Shown here piece after piece: positions 32,079 to 42,132 of a DNA stretch of 64,000 bases. The stretch comes from an uncultured Pseudomonadota bacterium. GTDB taxonomy: Bacteria; Pseudomonadota; Alphaproteobacteria; RF32; CAG-239. The DNA lies in contig CASEQD010000005.1 in the NCBI GenBank assembly GCA_949289935.1, positions 66,655-130,654 on the forward strand, written 5' to 3'. The notes under the pieces are model-generated. The model saw nothing but the letters and a program-made list of their open reading frames with translations. It had not been told where the DNA came from and ran no database searches. Numbering within the stretch: the first letter of the stretch is position 1; every line of letters starts with the position of its first letter. A program made the position numbers and the translations under genes.

Positions 32079-33716
32079 ATGGTAAACATTACGCACTATG
32101 AGGTTTATACGGATCGCGGCGACGGATGGAAGCTGGAAGAACGCTTTCCCGTTGAACAGCGCCAAAATGCGGTAAAATATGCGCGGGAAAAAGAAAGAGA
32201 AAATATTTCGGTCAAATTAATTTGCGAAAAATTTGACGTGCTGGATAACAGTTATCAGGAAAGCACGGAATTTGTCAGTCTGGCGCAAAAGAAAAAAAGC
32301 AAAAAAAATGTTTCCGGCAGCGATGATTTTTTCAACGGCGATTCCTCAAACATGAAAAACGATGGAAAAAATACGGTTTTTGAATCTGTTGAAAATAGTG
32401 AAAATTCTTTTTCTGCGGTTATGGGCGCTTTGCTGAAACTGCTTGCCGTTATTGTGTTCAGCTTGTTTCTGACGCATGTGGTTGTCAATCTGAGCCTGCC
32501 GCTTCTGGAAAATATTATTCCGGAAGAGTCTTCAAAAACCACGCTTTTTTTATTTTTCTTTGGTTTGTTCTTAATAACGGCCACGCCTTTGATTTTGAAA
32601 AAAGTGCCGCTTGATGCTTTTGGTTTCAGACGTTCTAAAAATACCGGAAAAATACCGGAACGCCGTCTTTTTAAAAAAGCCAGAGGGATTTTCTATTTAT
32701 ATAATCTTGACGAACGTTTGGATCCGGGCGTTGTGCCGGTTTATCCGGAGGCGGAACCTGAAGACAAACGTTATATCATAGATTTTTTGAGCAATGTGAT
32801 TGCTAATTTGGACGGAAGCATCTCGCTCCGGGATGATTTCAACCGCTTTGGCATCAAACTGGTTATTTATGGCGGCTGTATGGAACTGGCGCGGCGCCGC
32901 CGGCTGAATATTGCTCAGGCAAATTCTCTGCTTAATGAAGCTTTTGGAATTCTGGACGGAAAAAATTATGAAGTGGCGGATTTTTATGATGCCAAAAGAA
33001 CTTACAAAGACAATCGTGTAGCCGTTTTTTTAGTCGGCGTCGGAGCTTATTTGATGTCACAGCTTGTCCGGCAGGAACGGATAGATAAAAACGTATTACG
33101 TCTGACCTTTTATAAATGGCAGAAACAAAATATCATCAAACGTCCCGATAACTTTCCTCAGAAAGAGCCGAAAGAAGAAACACCGGAAAATTATAAGCCG
33201 GAATCAAGCGGAAAAACGGAACATGTCGGCTGTCGGGTAAATATTTTAACCAAAATCCTCTTTAACGAAGCCGCGCCGGCCGAAAATTCAGTCAACAAAG
33301 ACGAAATCAAAAATGCCGTCGGCAACATCATTTTGAATCTGTCCGGAAAATATAACGGAACGCAGCAAAAAACAGAAGATTACGGCAGCATAAGCTTCTT
33401 TAATTTAAAAAATGCTCTGCGGTTTTCCGTTGAGTTTTTAAGAGATTCCGAAACCTATGCCGATGAATTGAATGATGATAACTTGATAATAGCCCACCGG
33501 ATAAACATTCTCGGCGAAACGGATGATAATCCCGAAACGCAGGAAAACATGGTGCAGGATATGTTTGAAAATACTTATGATGGAGAAATCTTAACCGATG
33601 AAACTGTTTATCGTTCCGTCGGCAGCAGCGGCGGCTGGAAATTCGATTTTCTCGGAGAAAAAACATTGCAAAGAAGCGGAAAAAGCGTTCCTCTCTATAA
33701 AGTAATAACAATGTAA
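32079..33716 (+). CDS. hypothetical membrane protein
   Basis: 545 aa with two or three central TM helices. No domain recognised. Confidence 0.55.
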   Translation: MVNITHYEVYTDRGDGWKLEERFPVEQRQNAVKYAREKERENISVKLICEKFDVLDNSYQESTEFVSLAQKKKSKKNVSGSDDFFNGDSSNMKNDGKNTVFESVENSENSFSAVMGALLKLLAVIVFSLFLTHVVVNLSLPLLENIIPEESSKTTLFLFFFGLFLITATPLILKKVPLDAFGFRRSKNTGKIPERRLFKKARGIFYLYNLDERLDPGVVPVYPEAEPEDKRYIIDFLSNVIANLDGSISLRDDFNRFGIKLVIYGGCMELARRRRLNIAQANSLLNEAFGILDGKNYEVADFYDAKRTYKDNRVAVFLVGVGAYLMSQLVRQERIDKNVLRLTFYKWQKQNIIKRPDNFPQKEPKEETPENYKPESSGKTEHVGCRVNILTKILFNEAAPAENSVNKDEIKNAVGNIILNLSGKYNGTQQKTEDYGSISFFNLKNALRFSVEFLRDSETYADELNDDNLIIAHRINILGETDDNPETQENMVQDMFENTYDGEILTDETVYRSVGSSGGWKFDFLGEKTLQRSGKSVPLYKVITM

Positions 33717-33786
33717 GAAGACAAAACCTTGCCAAAGGCAACATTTTATGATATTATAAAATATAAGATTAAAAGAGGAAAGAAAA

Positions 33787-34614
33787 ATGGTAAACAGCAT
33801 TTCCGGAGCCACCAATGTCGATGATAACGGGGTTAACCACTGGGAAAAAACCGTTACCGACGTCAATGATATTGATGAAAAGTTTTCCAACGCACGCGAT
33901 TTGGGATACATGCGCCTGAACTACGCACGGGTAAGCGCGGTAGGAAATCTTGCGCTTTATGATACGCAGGATATTTACAAAATTCAGGTGCAATCCAACG
34001 GAAAGCTGACAATTGGTCTGCGCAGTGGAACGGAAGATGAAGAAGAAAATGTGCTGAACTTGTCGGAATATCAGCAGAAGCTGGATGAATTGAAAAAACT
34101 GAATGACCCCGAGGGATATGCCAAAGAGCAGGAGGAACTGCGTAAAAAGGAAGAAGCCTACGGACTGCTTGGTTCGGCCGGAGAAGGGCTGCAAATTCAG
34201 GTCTATACCGTAAAAAACGGTAAGGAAGTTTTGATCGGAGACAGCACGGCAGATCCGGACAGCAAGGAATATGCCAATATGGAACAAATTCTGAATGGCG
34301 AATACCGGGCTAAAAAAGGTGACTATTACATAAAAGTCAGCCGTTCCGAAGATTTTGACAGCCGCACGGAAGTTCCCTATCTGCTGCAAATAAAACAGGG
34401 CAGTGATTATAAACATGATTATCTGACCACAGAGCAGGAATCTGATGATACCAAAAACAAAACAACCTCAAATGTGCCCATGACCAATTATAACGGTACG
34501 CTTTCCGCCGTAAACGCCTTGCAGATACAAGCGCAGAGATACCAAGCAACGGCGCAGATGTTGGAGGTTGGTTATCAAAACATGGCCAGCATTTACAGCA
34601 AAAACAAATTTTAA
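33787..34614 (+). CDS. hypothetical protein, possible pre-peptidase C-terminal (PPC)-like beta domain
   Basis: DIYKIQVQSNGKLTIGL ... GDYYIKVSRS ... YLLQI resembles the PPC-domain pattern. The match is weak. Confidence 0.4.
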   Translation: MVNSISGATNVDDNGVNHWEKTVTDVNDIDEKFSNARDLGYMRLNYARVSAVGNLALYDTQDIYKIQVQSNGKLTIGLRSGTEDEEENVLNLSEYQQKLDELKKLNDPEGYAKEQEELRKKEEAYGLLGSAGEGLQIQVYTVKNGKEVLIGDSTADPDSKEYANMEQILNGEYRAKKGDYYIKVSRSEDFDSRTEVPYLLQIKQGSDYKHDYLTTEQESDDTKNKTTSNVPMTNYNGTLSAVNALQIQAQRYQATAQMLEVGYQNMASIYSKNKF

Positions 34615-34637
34615 TAAAAAATTGCTTGTATAATAAC

Positions 34638-34679
34638 AAAACATTCTCTATTCTTAGCCCAATAGAGAATGTTTTTTTG
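34638..34679 (+). terminator. rho-independent terminator
   Basis: 13-bp stem AACATTCTCTATT/AATAGAGAATGTT followed by a T-run. Confidence 0.8.
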
Positions 34680-34705
34680 TATAAGGAAAGGAAGGAATAA
34701 GAAAG

Positions 34706-35251
34706 ATGACTGCTCCTTTAATGCCGAAAGCAACGGCGGTATGGTTGGTTGAAAATACAACATTGACATTTAAACAAATTGCTGATTTTTGCGAATTGCA
34801 CGAATTGGAAATACAGGCCATTGCCGATGGCGATGTCGCATTCAACATCATGGGAATCAGCCCGGTTGATACCGGTCAGCTGACGTGGGAAGAAATTCAC
34901 CGCTGTGAAGCGGATGAAAATGCCGTGGTAAAAGCTTGCGAAATGGAATTGAATGTGCGTGAAAGAAATGCCAAAGCCAAAAAAGTTCTTTCTCCGTCTC
35001 AACGCGGAGATAAACCCAATGCTGTTGCCTGGATTTTGAAAAATTGTCCGGAAATTGCCGACAGTCAGATTTGCAAACTGATAGGTACAACCAAGCCGAC
35101 AATTCAGGCGATTCGCGAAGGAACGCACCGCGATATGGCCAATATCCGGGCAAAAAATCCGGTGGCAGTCGGTTTATGCACGGAAAAAGACCTGGAAAAA
35201 GCCATCGCCTTATCCAAAGCGCCGTCCAAACGTAAAAACAAAAAAGCTTAA
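34706..35251 (+). CDS. DUF1013-family protein (alphaproteobacterial cell-cycle regulator TrcR-like)
   Basis: The N-terminus MTAPLMPKATAVWLVENTTLTFKQIADFCELHELEIQAIADG matches the conserved DUF1013 start. Confidence 0.8.
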   Translation: MTAPLMPKATAVWLVENTTLTFKQIADFCELHELEIQAIADGDVAFNIMGISPVDTGQLTWEEIHRCEADENAVVKACEMELNVRERNAKAKKVLSPSQRGDKPNAVAWILKNCPEIADSQICKLIGTTKPTIQAIREGTHRDMANIRAKNPVAVGLCTEKDLEKAIALSKAPSKRKNKKA

Positions 35252-35255
35252 AATA

Positions 35256-35290
35256 ATAAAAAAAACCGTCTTTAACCGACGGTTTTTTTA
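35256..35290. terminator. bidirectional terminator
   Basis: ACCGTC...GACGGT stem flanked by an A-run and a T-run, between convergent genes. Confidence 0.7.
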
Positions 35291-35695
35291 TTATTTGACG
35301 ATAAAACGTTCATTGGAATTCATTTTGGCCAAATCCTCTTCAAGCCGTGGATCATCCGGAGCTTGTCCCGTCTGGGCAATATTTTTGATATTGTTGATAT
35401 AAGTATCATAATTTTGCTTATATTCGGGCGTATTTGACAAACCTTTAAATTCAATGGTTGTTGTTGAAACATCCGCAGAATGTTCATCATGAGAACTGAT
35501 ATGGCTGATTGTTTCTGTGGAAGAAGAGGCATTGTCATAACGAATGGGAGGAAGCTTTTCCTGTTGTTGAATGACGCCCTGCGGTACAAAAAAATCAGGT
35601 TGCAGGTTTTTTCGCTGATATCGTCCGTCGCTTTGGGCATAAACATTAATCACCGTCAAAAAGCTGCCTAACAGAATCAAAAAAAATGCTTTCAT
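35291..35695 (-). CDS. small secreted hypothetical protein
   Basis: Signal peptide MKAFFLILLGSFLTVINVYA|Q. No known domain. Confidence 0.5.
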   Translation of the reverse strand: MKAFFLILLGSFLTVINVYAQSDGRYQRKNLQPDFFVPQGVIQQQEKLPPIRYDNASSSTETISHISSHDEHSADVSTTTIEFKGLSNTPEYKQNYDTYINNIKNIAQTGQAPDDPRLEEDLAKMNSNERFIVK

Positions 35696-35740
35696 GCTCC
35701 CGTAACCCAAAATTAACAAATCTGTTTTAAGTTAAAATAC

Positions 35741-36430
35741 ATGAAAAAACTTTTTTTTGTATTAACGTTTTTGGTCTGGAGCTTTCGGGAAATTACATTT
35801 GCCGCGGCTGCCGATGTTTGCCTCGAATATAAAATCGATCCGGAAATCGAGTTTCTGACTTCTTATGGCGAACTTGTTTATGACCGCAGTTACAATCGTC
35901 GGCAGCTGACGGAACTGGGCGAAAAATTCGGCATCGTCGAACATGGGCTTTTTGCTTCCGGATTGGCGACAATCGGCGTAACCAGTCATGTCTCTGTCAG
36001 TGCCGCAAGTCGCCGAAATGACAACGGCAGTTTTTGTGTCATTCCGACAAAAGTCAGCATATTTGTCGGCTATCAGAATCCGACGATTTATCTTTCCGGT
36101 GATTTACGCCCCGGCAGCTGTGAATATAACCTGGTTTTGAGGCATGAACAAACGCACCAGCAGATTAATGTAACAGCTCTGGAATATTTCCTGCCTAAGC
36201 TCAAACAGGCATCAGAAGCGCTGATTTCCAACATCTCTCCCCGTCAGGTAAACCGGCAGGAAGATATAGAACCGGCAATCAAAGAACTTTCTGAAATTTA
36301 TCTTGCCCGCATAGAACCGTTGGTTAATTTTTTAAAAAGCGAACTGGGAAAAGAACAAGGCAAACTGGACAGTCATGAAAATTACGACTTTGAAGGAAAC
36401 TTATGCCGTTACTACAATGCAACGCATTAA
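35741..36430 (+). CDS. secreted hypothetical protein, possible DUF922-like Zn-peptidase (HEQTH)
   Basis: Has a signal peptide. The single HExxH-like motif LRHEQTHQQ resembles DUF922. Confidence 0.4.
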   Translation: MKKLFFVLTFLVWSFREITFAAAADVCLEYKIDPEIEFLTSYGELVYDRSYNRRQLTELGEKFGIVEHGLFASGLATIGVTSHVSVSAASRRNDNGSFCVIPTKVSIFVGYQNPTIYLSGDLRPGSCEYNLVLRHEQTHQQINVTALEYFLPKLKQASEALISNISPRQVNRQEDIEPAIKELSEIYLARIEPLVNFLKSELGKEQGKLDSHENYDFEGNLCRYYNATH

Positions 36431-36433
36431 AAA

Positions 36434-37126
36434 TCACGAAGCTTTAAAATGGCATTTTTTCAGCTGTTGCGGCAAATCGTCAAGAAAACTCTGAATCCCT
36501 TTATAAGCGGCGTCAATATAGGTTTTGTCTTTAGCGGAATTTTGATTATAATAAATCCGTACGGTTGTCATTCCTGTTTCTTTGGCAAATTCCAGATTGG
36601 AATAGCTGTCGTCCACAAAAATACAGTCGTGGGGATTAACGTTAATTTTGTCGCAAAGCTTGCGATAAACCGTGGAATCTTCATTTTTCTTAAAGGTATT
36701 AAAATCTTCAACCGAATAAAAACGCCCTTTGAAAAAGTCATACAGTCCGATATGCTTCAAAATCTTTTCACACACATCACGCGAACTGGTTGAAAAAACA
36801 TATTGCCGACAGGGAAGCGCTTCCAGTTTTTCAGCCATATGTTCATAAGGAACAATCGGCTCAATGGGCTTGCGTTTATGATAGGCCAGAAACATATCTT
36901 TGGGAGAGATTCCGTATTCACGGACAAAAACTTCCCCTCCGTCCCGAAAAGTCAGGTAAGATTCCTTGACTTTATTTTTAGCCTCTTCCAGACTAAGGTT
37001 TACGCCGAGATCCTTAACGGCGGCGACGGCAGCGGCTTCGTCAAGCATATCTGCAAATTCGGGCGTAATGCGATATAGCGTGTTGTCCAAATCCCAGATA
37101 ATATTTTTCTTGCAAAAGTCAGCCAC
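36434..37126 (-). CDS. HAD-family hydrolase (pyrimidine 5'-nucleotidase-like)
   Basis: Motif I IWDLDNTLY and motif IV FVDDSYSNLEFAKETG. Confidence 0.75.
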   Translation of the reverse strand: MADFCKKNIIWDLDNTLYRITPEFADMLDEAAAVAAVKDLGVNLSLEEAKNKVKESYLTFRDGGEVFVREYGISPKDMFLAYHKRKPIEPIVPYEHMAEKLEALPCRQYVFSTSSRDVCEKILKHIGLYDFFKGRFYSVEDFNTFKKNEDSTVYRKLCDKINVNPHDCIFVDDSYSNLEFAKETGMTTVRIYYNQNSAKDKTYIDAAYKGIQSFLDDLPQQLKKCHFKAS

Positions 37127-37257
37127 GGTTCTTCTCCTTATCCTGAAACAAACGTAATCAGTGTAAACGTAAAAAAATCTTTGTCAATATTTTTCAATAA
37201 AATACCTCCTGTAACGGAGGTATTAATTTTCCAAAGAAAACTGATTTTCAAAAAAAA

Positions 37258-37740
37258 TCAATAACTTTCCATGGCATAAATATCATCAACCGCCCATGTT
37301 CCGTTTTGCTGGCGCATGACATAAATGATATTTCCCTGACACAGGCCGAACCATTTACCGTTGCAGCTGCCGCGGGTATACATTTCCACCTGTCCGTTCG
37401 GCAGTGGTTTAAGCTTCAAAATCTGATATGTGATTTCGCTTGGACGCCCGAGGCTTTCATCATTCATAAAGATAAAAGAAGGCATTTTGTCCTTATTGTC
37501 TTGACAAAACGGAGCATCGGGCTTAATGGTGCAGCGCAAAGCCAGATTAACGGCGCAAACCATTCCACTGTCTTCCCGGCAGTCTTCAACGGCATTTTGC
37601 AGATTGAAAGAAAAAATTTTATTTTCAATTCCGGCGGAAATTTCCGCCGGAGCATCGCCTGAAGTTTTTTCACTGCCGCCATCCGAGCATGCGCTCAGCA
37701 AAACGGCGGCGGCCAATACAGGAACATAATAAAATTTCAT
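37258..37740 (-). CDS. hypothetical lipoprotein
   Basis: Lipobox LLSAC at the end of the signal peptide MKFYYVPVLAAAVLLSAC. Confidence 0.6.
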   Translation of the reverse strand: MKFYYVPVLAAAVLLSACSDGGSEKTSGDAPAEISAGIENKIFSFNLQNAVEDCREDSGMVCAVNLALRCTIKPDAPFCQDNKDKMPSFIFMNDESLGRPSEITYQILKLKPLPNGQVEMYTRGSCNGKWFGLCQGNIIYVMRQQNGTWAVDDIYAMESY

Positions 37741-37753
37741 GAAAATTTCTCCG

Positions 37754-38311
37754 TCAGAATGTATATCTGATACCGGCGGAATATTCCATCATATGGTCAT
37801 AATCTTCAATCTGATCAAGGCCGACATAACGGGCGACGGCGCGAACCGACCAGTTTGTATCCAGAGCATAAGTCAGACCGAGACCGGCGCGGTAGCCGTA
37901 GCCATGGTCATGTCCGCCGCTGACGGAAGGATCGGCATATGATTTCTTAAAGTCATACATTCCGATGCCTGCCGTTCCGAGCAGGGCAAAATCACGGTCG
38001 CAGCCCAGCGGAAGATAACCGTACATATCCAGCCCCGCAGCTTGAAAAGATGTTTTGATACGGTCAAAATTATGCCCTTTGGATGAAGAGTCGGAGTATT
38101 GATAAAAAAGTTCGGTGCCGAAAAAGCGGTTGTAATCGGTGCCGATGTTGATTGAACCGGAATTATAATTCGGTCGCATGCCGTCAGCCGTTCCGTTGCT
38201 GTAAACATAGTCAATGCCGGCATAGGGCAGATAATCAAAATTTTCTTCCGCATAAGCGGCCGTAGCAAAAACGGACAAAGCGGCGGCAGCGCTGAATAAA
38301 GTTTTTTTCAT
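37754..38311 (-). CDS. outer-membrane beta-barrel protein (OmpA-like/porin family 8-strand type)
   Basis: Signal peptide, alternating aromatic/Gly beta-strand pattern, and C-terminal ...AGIRYTF. Confidence 0.7.
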   Translation of the reverse strand: MKKTLFSAAAALSVFATAAYAEENFDYLPYAGIDYVYSNGTADGMRPNYNSGSINIGTDYNRFFGTELFYQYSDSSSKGHNFDRIKTSFQAAGLDMYGYLPLGCDRDFALLGTAGIGMYDFKKSYADPSVSGGHDHGYGYRAGLGLTYALDTNWSVRAVARYVGLDQIEDYDHMMEYSAGIRYTF

Positions 38312-38451
38312 GTTTTCTCCTCCCGATAAAATAACCTTACACGAACAATATACACCCTATTAATTAAAATTAAAGCAAATTCTGCGATAATCTTGTTGAG
38401 AAATATATCGGAAAATGTTATAAATAAAGATAAAATCAGAAAAAACGGGGA

Positions 38452-39000
38452 ATGGCAATGATAAAACAAAACGAGCGCGGCTATACGATGACTGAGGTTA
38501 TAAGCGTCCTGGCCATTATCGGCGTTCTGGCAGCCAGCGCCGCCCGCCTTGTCAGCAATATGTTTGGTCGTTATAAGGCCAGCCGCGTGGCCGATCAGAT
38601 TGTAGATATGCAAAAAAGCATTAACCGCCGCTATGTCGCCGACGGAACTTATACCAAACTGACGGAAGAAACGATAGCTGAGGAAAAAATTGTCGGCGGC
38701 GATATGCTGAGCGATGGAAAGCTTGTTCATGCTTACGGAGACGTGGATGTAACCGGTGGAGCGACGACATTTAAAATCAAATTCAGCAACCTTCCTTATG
38801 ATGTGTGTGTAACTTTGGCCAATCTCAATTGGATTATTCAGGATAGTTCCGATCTTGTCAGCCTTGATATTAACGGCAAAATTTTTAATTGGCCGGAAGC
38901 GGCTGCCAATGCGCAAAGCCAGCTGCCGATGGATATCGGGCGGGCGATGGAAACCTGTACCAGAGACAAGGAGAGCGCCATTACCTGGGAATTTCAATAG
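38452..39000 (+). CDS. type IV pilin / pseudopilin-like protein
   Basis: Prepilin leader and cleavage/methylation motif KQNERG|YTMTEVISVLAIIGVLAA, with Glu at +5. Confidence 0.75.
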   Translation: MAMIKQNERGYTMTEVISVLAIIGVLAASAARLVSNMFGRYKASRVADQIVDMQKSINRRYVADGTYTKLTEETIAEEKIVGGDMLSDGKLVHAYGDVDVTGGATTFKIKFSNLPYDVCVTLANLNWIIQDSSDLVSLDINGKIFNWPEAAANAQSQLPMDIGRAMETCTRDKESAITWEFQ

Positions 39001-39014
39001 CGCCGGAGAAACAA

Positions 39015-39440
39015 ATGATAAATGTTGGCAGTGTTAACAAAAGCAATAATGACATAAATACGTCAAAAACCAAAAAAAGCACGTCGGGGGCAAGTTTTTC
39101 CTCCTATCTGCAAAAGGCGGCGAATAACGGTCAGCCGGCTTCGGTAACGGCTAATGCCGGCGTATCGGCCACGGATGCCTTGTTGTCAATACAAATGGCC
39201 GGTGAAACGGAAGAACGGGAAATCCGCAAAAAACTTGTTCAGAGAGGAAAAACACTGTTGGAAAAACTGGAAGAAATCAGGGACGGATTGCTTTCCGGCA
39301 GCCTTTCCGTAGACAGTCTGATAAACATTTCCCGCCTGGTAAAAGAGCAAAAACACGAAAGCAGCGATCCCCGTTTATCCGAACTCATTGCCGAAATTGA
39401 ACTTCGGGTAGAAGTGGAACTAGCCAAACTTATGAAATAA
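39015..39440 (+). CDS. fliX: flagellar assembly regulator FliX
   Basis: I chose ATG 39015 after GGAGAAAC. The C-terminal half TDALLSIQ...RGKTLLEKLEEIRDGLLSG...DPRLSELIAEIELRVEVELAKL matches the FliX pattern. Confidence 0.7.
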   Translation: MINVGSVNKSNNDINTSKTKKSTSGASFSSYLQKAANNGQPASVTANAGVSATDALLSIQMAGETEEREIRKKLVQRGKTLLEKLEEIRDGLLSGSLSVDSLINISRLVKEQKHESSDPRLSELIAEIELRVEVELAKLMK

Positions 39441-39546
39441 GGGTGATAATTGCATTTTTTTTATTGATAATTAACCCTGAAATAAGTATTGCATATTATT
39501 ATACCAAAAAACAAACATAAAAAACTACATTTTTGGAGTATATAAC

Positions 39547-39975
39547 ATGGAAACAGCTGTAATTCTGCCTCCGGACTATAAACCCTCGGAAGACGAAGAA
39601 TACATGAATGCCTCTCAGGTTGAGTATTTTCGTCAAAAGCTTGAAAATTGGAAAAGAGAGCTTATCGGCCAGTCAAAGGACACGCTGGATGACTTGCGCC
39701 AGGGCGGCTTAAATCAGCCGGATGATATCGACCGGGCCTCTATGGAAACGGATAAAGCCATTGATTTACGCACCAAAGACCGCATTCGCAAACTGATTGG
39801 CAAAATCGACGATGCTCTTCAGCGCATTGAAGACGGCACATATGGCTATTGTGAAGAAACCGGTGAACCTATCGGCATTCGTCGTCTGGAAGCCCGGCCG
39901 ATTGCCACTTTGTCGGTAGAGGCGCAGGAACGCCATGAGCGCATGGAAAAAACCTACGACGATGATATTATCTAG
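39547..39975 (+). CDS. dksA: RNA polymerase-binding transcription factor DksA (only one of four zinc-finger Cys retained)
   Basis: Coiled-coil with acidic tip, YGYCEETGEPIGIRRLEARPIATLSVEAQE. Confidence 0.85.
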   Translation: METAVILPPDYKPSEDEEYMNASQVEYFRQKLENWKRELIGQSKDTLDDLRQGGLNQPDDIDRASMETDKAIDLRTKDRIRKLIGKIDDALQRIEDGTYGYCEETGEPIGIRRLEARPIATLSVEAQERHERMEKTYDDDII

Positions 39976-39987
39976 GCTGTGGAGCCC

Positions 39988-40560
39988 ATGGCTGTAAAAA
40001 ATTTTATATTGGCGTCATCTTCGCCGCAGCGTCGCCGCTTGTTGGCGCAAATCGGTTTTGAACCGGAAAAAATTGAAGCGGCGGACATTGATGAAAGCGA
40101 AAAAAAAGACGAACGGCCGTCGGAATATGTCAAACGTATGGCCAGAGAAAAGGCGTTGAAAGTTGCCGCGGCCAATCCCGGACGAATTGTCTTGGCGGCG
40201 GATACGATAGTTGTTGTCGGCACTCGTCTGCTGCATAAAGCAAAAAATGACGAGGAACAGTTCCGGGTGATGAAAATGTTATCCGGCCGGGCGCACCGGG
40301 TGTTGAGTGCGGTCTGTGTCGCGGACGAAAAAGGAAAAACAGCGGTGCGGTTGTCTTCAACACGCATCATTATGAAAAAAATGTCGGATGAAGAAATAAA
40401 AGCTTATGTCGCCGGACGGGAATGGATCGGTTGTTCCGGCTATAAAATAGAAGGATGTATGGAAGCATATGTTTCCAAAATAATAGGTTCATACAGCGGG
40501 GTTGTGGGACTGCCGCTTTATGAGGTTAAAAACTTGTTGAATGGTGTGGGGGTAAAATGA
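39988..40560 (+). CDS. maf: Maf-like nucleoside triphosphate pyrophosphatase
   Basis: FILASSSPQRRRLL start and overall Maf pattern. An alternative GTG start exists at 39979. Confidence 0.85.
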   Translation: MAVKNFILASSSPQRRRLLAQIGFEPEKIEAADIDESEKKDERPSEYVKRMAREKALKVAAANPGRIVLAADTIVVVGTRLLHKAKNDEEQFRVMKMLSGRAHRVLSAVCVADEKGKTAVRLSSTRIIMKKMSDEEIKAYVAGREWIGCSGYKIEGCMEAYVSKIIGSYSGVVGLPLYEVKNLLNGVGVK

Positions 40561-41726
40561 CAATAGATACAATCATATATGAAAAGAACGGAGCTTTGAC
40601 CAGCATTGCGCTGATGAAAGGCGGAAACTTGAAGGAAGTAGATATTTTTGACGGAAACAAAGCGGCGGAAGGAAATGTCTATCTTGGAAAAATAACCCAT
40701 AAAATTGATGTGGCCAACGGCCGCGCCGGTTATATGATTGATATCAACGACGGACGCGATGCCTTTCTGAATGCGGACGAAAACGGCATGAACGAAGCCG
40801 AATATACCGACGGACAAAGCATCATTGTTCAGGTTTCTCAGGAAAAACGCGCCGAAAAGGGCGCCCGGGTGATCCGCGGTTTGCAGTTTGTCGGCACCTA
40901 CTTGGTCTATTGTCCTTATCGCATGAATGTTGAAGCCTCATCGCGCATTTCTCCATTGGAAAAGATGCAGAGCCTTCGCCGGCTGGTTATGGAGAATACG
41001 GTCGGGCAGGAAGGATGGATTATCCGGACGGCCGCGGCCGACGCCGAGCCGGACGAAATTACCGACGAAATGCTTGAACTGCGCCGTAAATATGATGCCG
41101 TCCGTACCAAAGCCCGGGTGGAAGCGGCGCCCTGCCTGCTTTATGCCAAACCCAACCCTCTGTTTGAATATATGGCGGCCAATTCCATGACTTTGGATAA
41201 AATAGTGGTTAACAGCCGCAATATGGAAGAGGAAATCCGCGCCGAATTTGACGGCGATTTTGAAATAGAGGTTATGAACGAACCGTTTAAGCATTTTGGT
41301 TTGGATGAAATAATTTTTGAAGCTTTGGAAAAAGAAATCCGTTTAAAAAGCGGCGGCCGTATTTTTATTGAAGAGACCAAAGCTTTTGTGGCAATAGATG
41401 TTGATACCGGAGATGACCGCGGTTATGGCTCCATTTCCCGGCTGAATGAAGACGCTGCGTTTGAAATTGCCCGTCAGCTGCGCTTGCGTAATCTGTCCGG
41501 AAAAATCATCATTGATTTTGCCGGTTCATCCGAATATCGCTACATGAAACCGGTGCTTGAAATTTTGGAACGGGAAGTAGCCAAAGATCCTGTTCGCACG
41601 CATGTTGTCGGGTTGAGCCGCGCCGGCAATGTCGAAATCATCCGGGTGCGCCGTCGTCCGTCCCTGAGCGACATACTGAGTGTCGAATGTCCGACTTGCA
41701 AGGGAACCGGCCGGGTGGAAAAATAA
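40557..41726 (+). CDS. ribonuclease E/G-family protein (short, RNase G/CafA-like)
   Basis: The catalytic-core pattern FVAIDVDTG is followed by IIIDF, with C-terminal CPTCKGTG. Confidence 0.75.
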   Translation: MTIDTIIYEKNGALTSIALMKGGNLKEVDIFDGNKAAEGNVYLGKITHKIDVANGRAGYMIDINDGRDAFLNADENGMNEAEYTDGQSIIVQVSQEKRAEKGARVIRGLQFVGTYLVYCPYRMNVEASSRISPLEKMQSLRRLVMENTVGQEGWIIRTAAADAEPDEITDEMLELRRKYDAVRTKARVEAAPCLLYAKPNPLFEYMAANSMTLDKIVVNSRNMEEEIRAEFDGDFEIEVMNEPFKHFGLDEIIFEALEKEIRLKSGGRIFIEETKAFVAIDVDTGDDRGYGSISRLNEDAAFEIARQLRLRNLSGKIIIDFAGSSEYRYMKPVLEILEREVAKDPVRTHVVGLSRAGNVEIIRVRRRPSLSDILSVECPTCKGTGRVEK

Positions 41727-41727
41727 T

Positions 41728-41937
41728 ATGACGGAAGTGGTCAAAACTTATCGCTGCCCGATTTGCAAAAAGCTGGTAACGGCAGATAACAAATATCGCC
41801 CTTTTTGTTCCAAGCATTGTGCGGATGTCGATCTGGGCAATTGGTTCAATGAGGCTTATAGCGTCCCCGTTGTTGAGCTTGACGAGCAGGAGCTTGAAGA
41901 GCTGGAAAAATCGCTGGATGAACAGCTTGATAAATAA
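41728..41937 (+). CDS. yacG: DNA gyrase inhibitor YacG (zinc ribbon)
   Basis: CPICKK...FCSKHCADVDLGNW motif. I chose ATG 41728 over the track start. Confidence 0.85.
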   Translation: MTEVVKTYRCPICKKLVTADNKYRPFCSKHCADVDLGNWFNEAYSVPVVELDEQELEELEKSLDEQLDK

Positions 41938-41944
41938 AAAGTAA

Positions 41945-41977
41945 AACGCCGGTACTATCTCAACCGGCGTTTTCTTT
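41945..41977 (+). terminator. rho-independent terminator after yacG
   Basis: AACGCCGGT...ACCGGCGTT stem followed by TTCTTT. Confidence 0.7.
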
Positions 41978-42071
41978 AACATCCACTTTTATTTTGCTCT
42001 GAAGGATTCCTTTAGTTTTTCCATACCTCAAAATATTCGTTTATTTTTTCATCTCTGCATAAAATTAATCA

Positions 42072-42100
42072 TTGAATAGCTGAAAAACTTATGCTACACT
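42072..42100 (+). promoter_or_regulatory. sigma70-like promoter of paralog P3 (TTGAAT-17-TACACT)
   Basis: Same conserved element as P1/P2, including the TGc extension and the downstream leader. Confidence 0.55.
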
Positions 42101-42132
42101 AAAACCAGTGATGATAAAGTGTGGAGGATGAA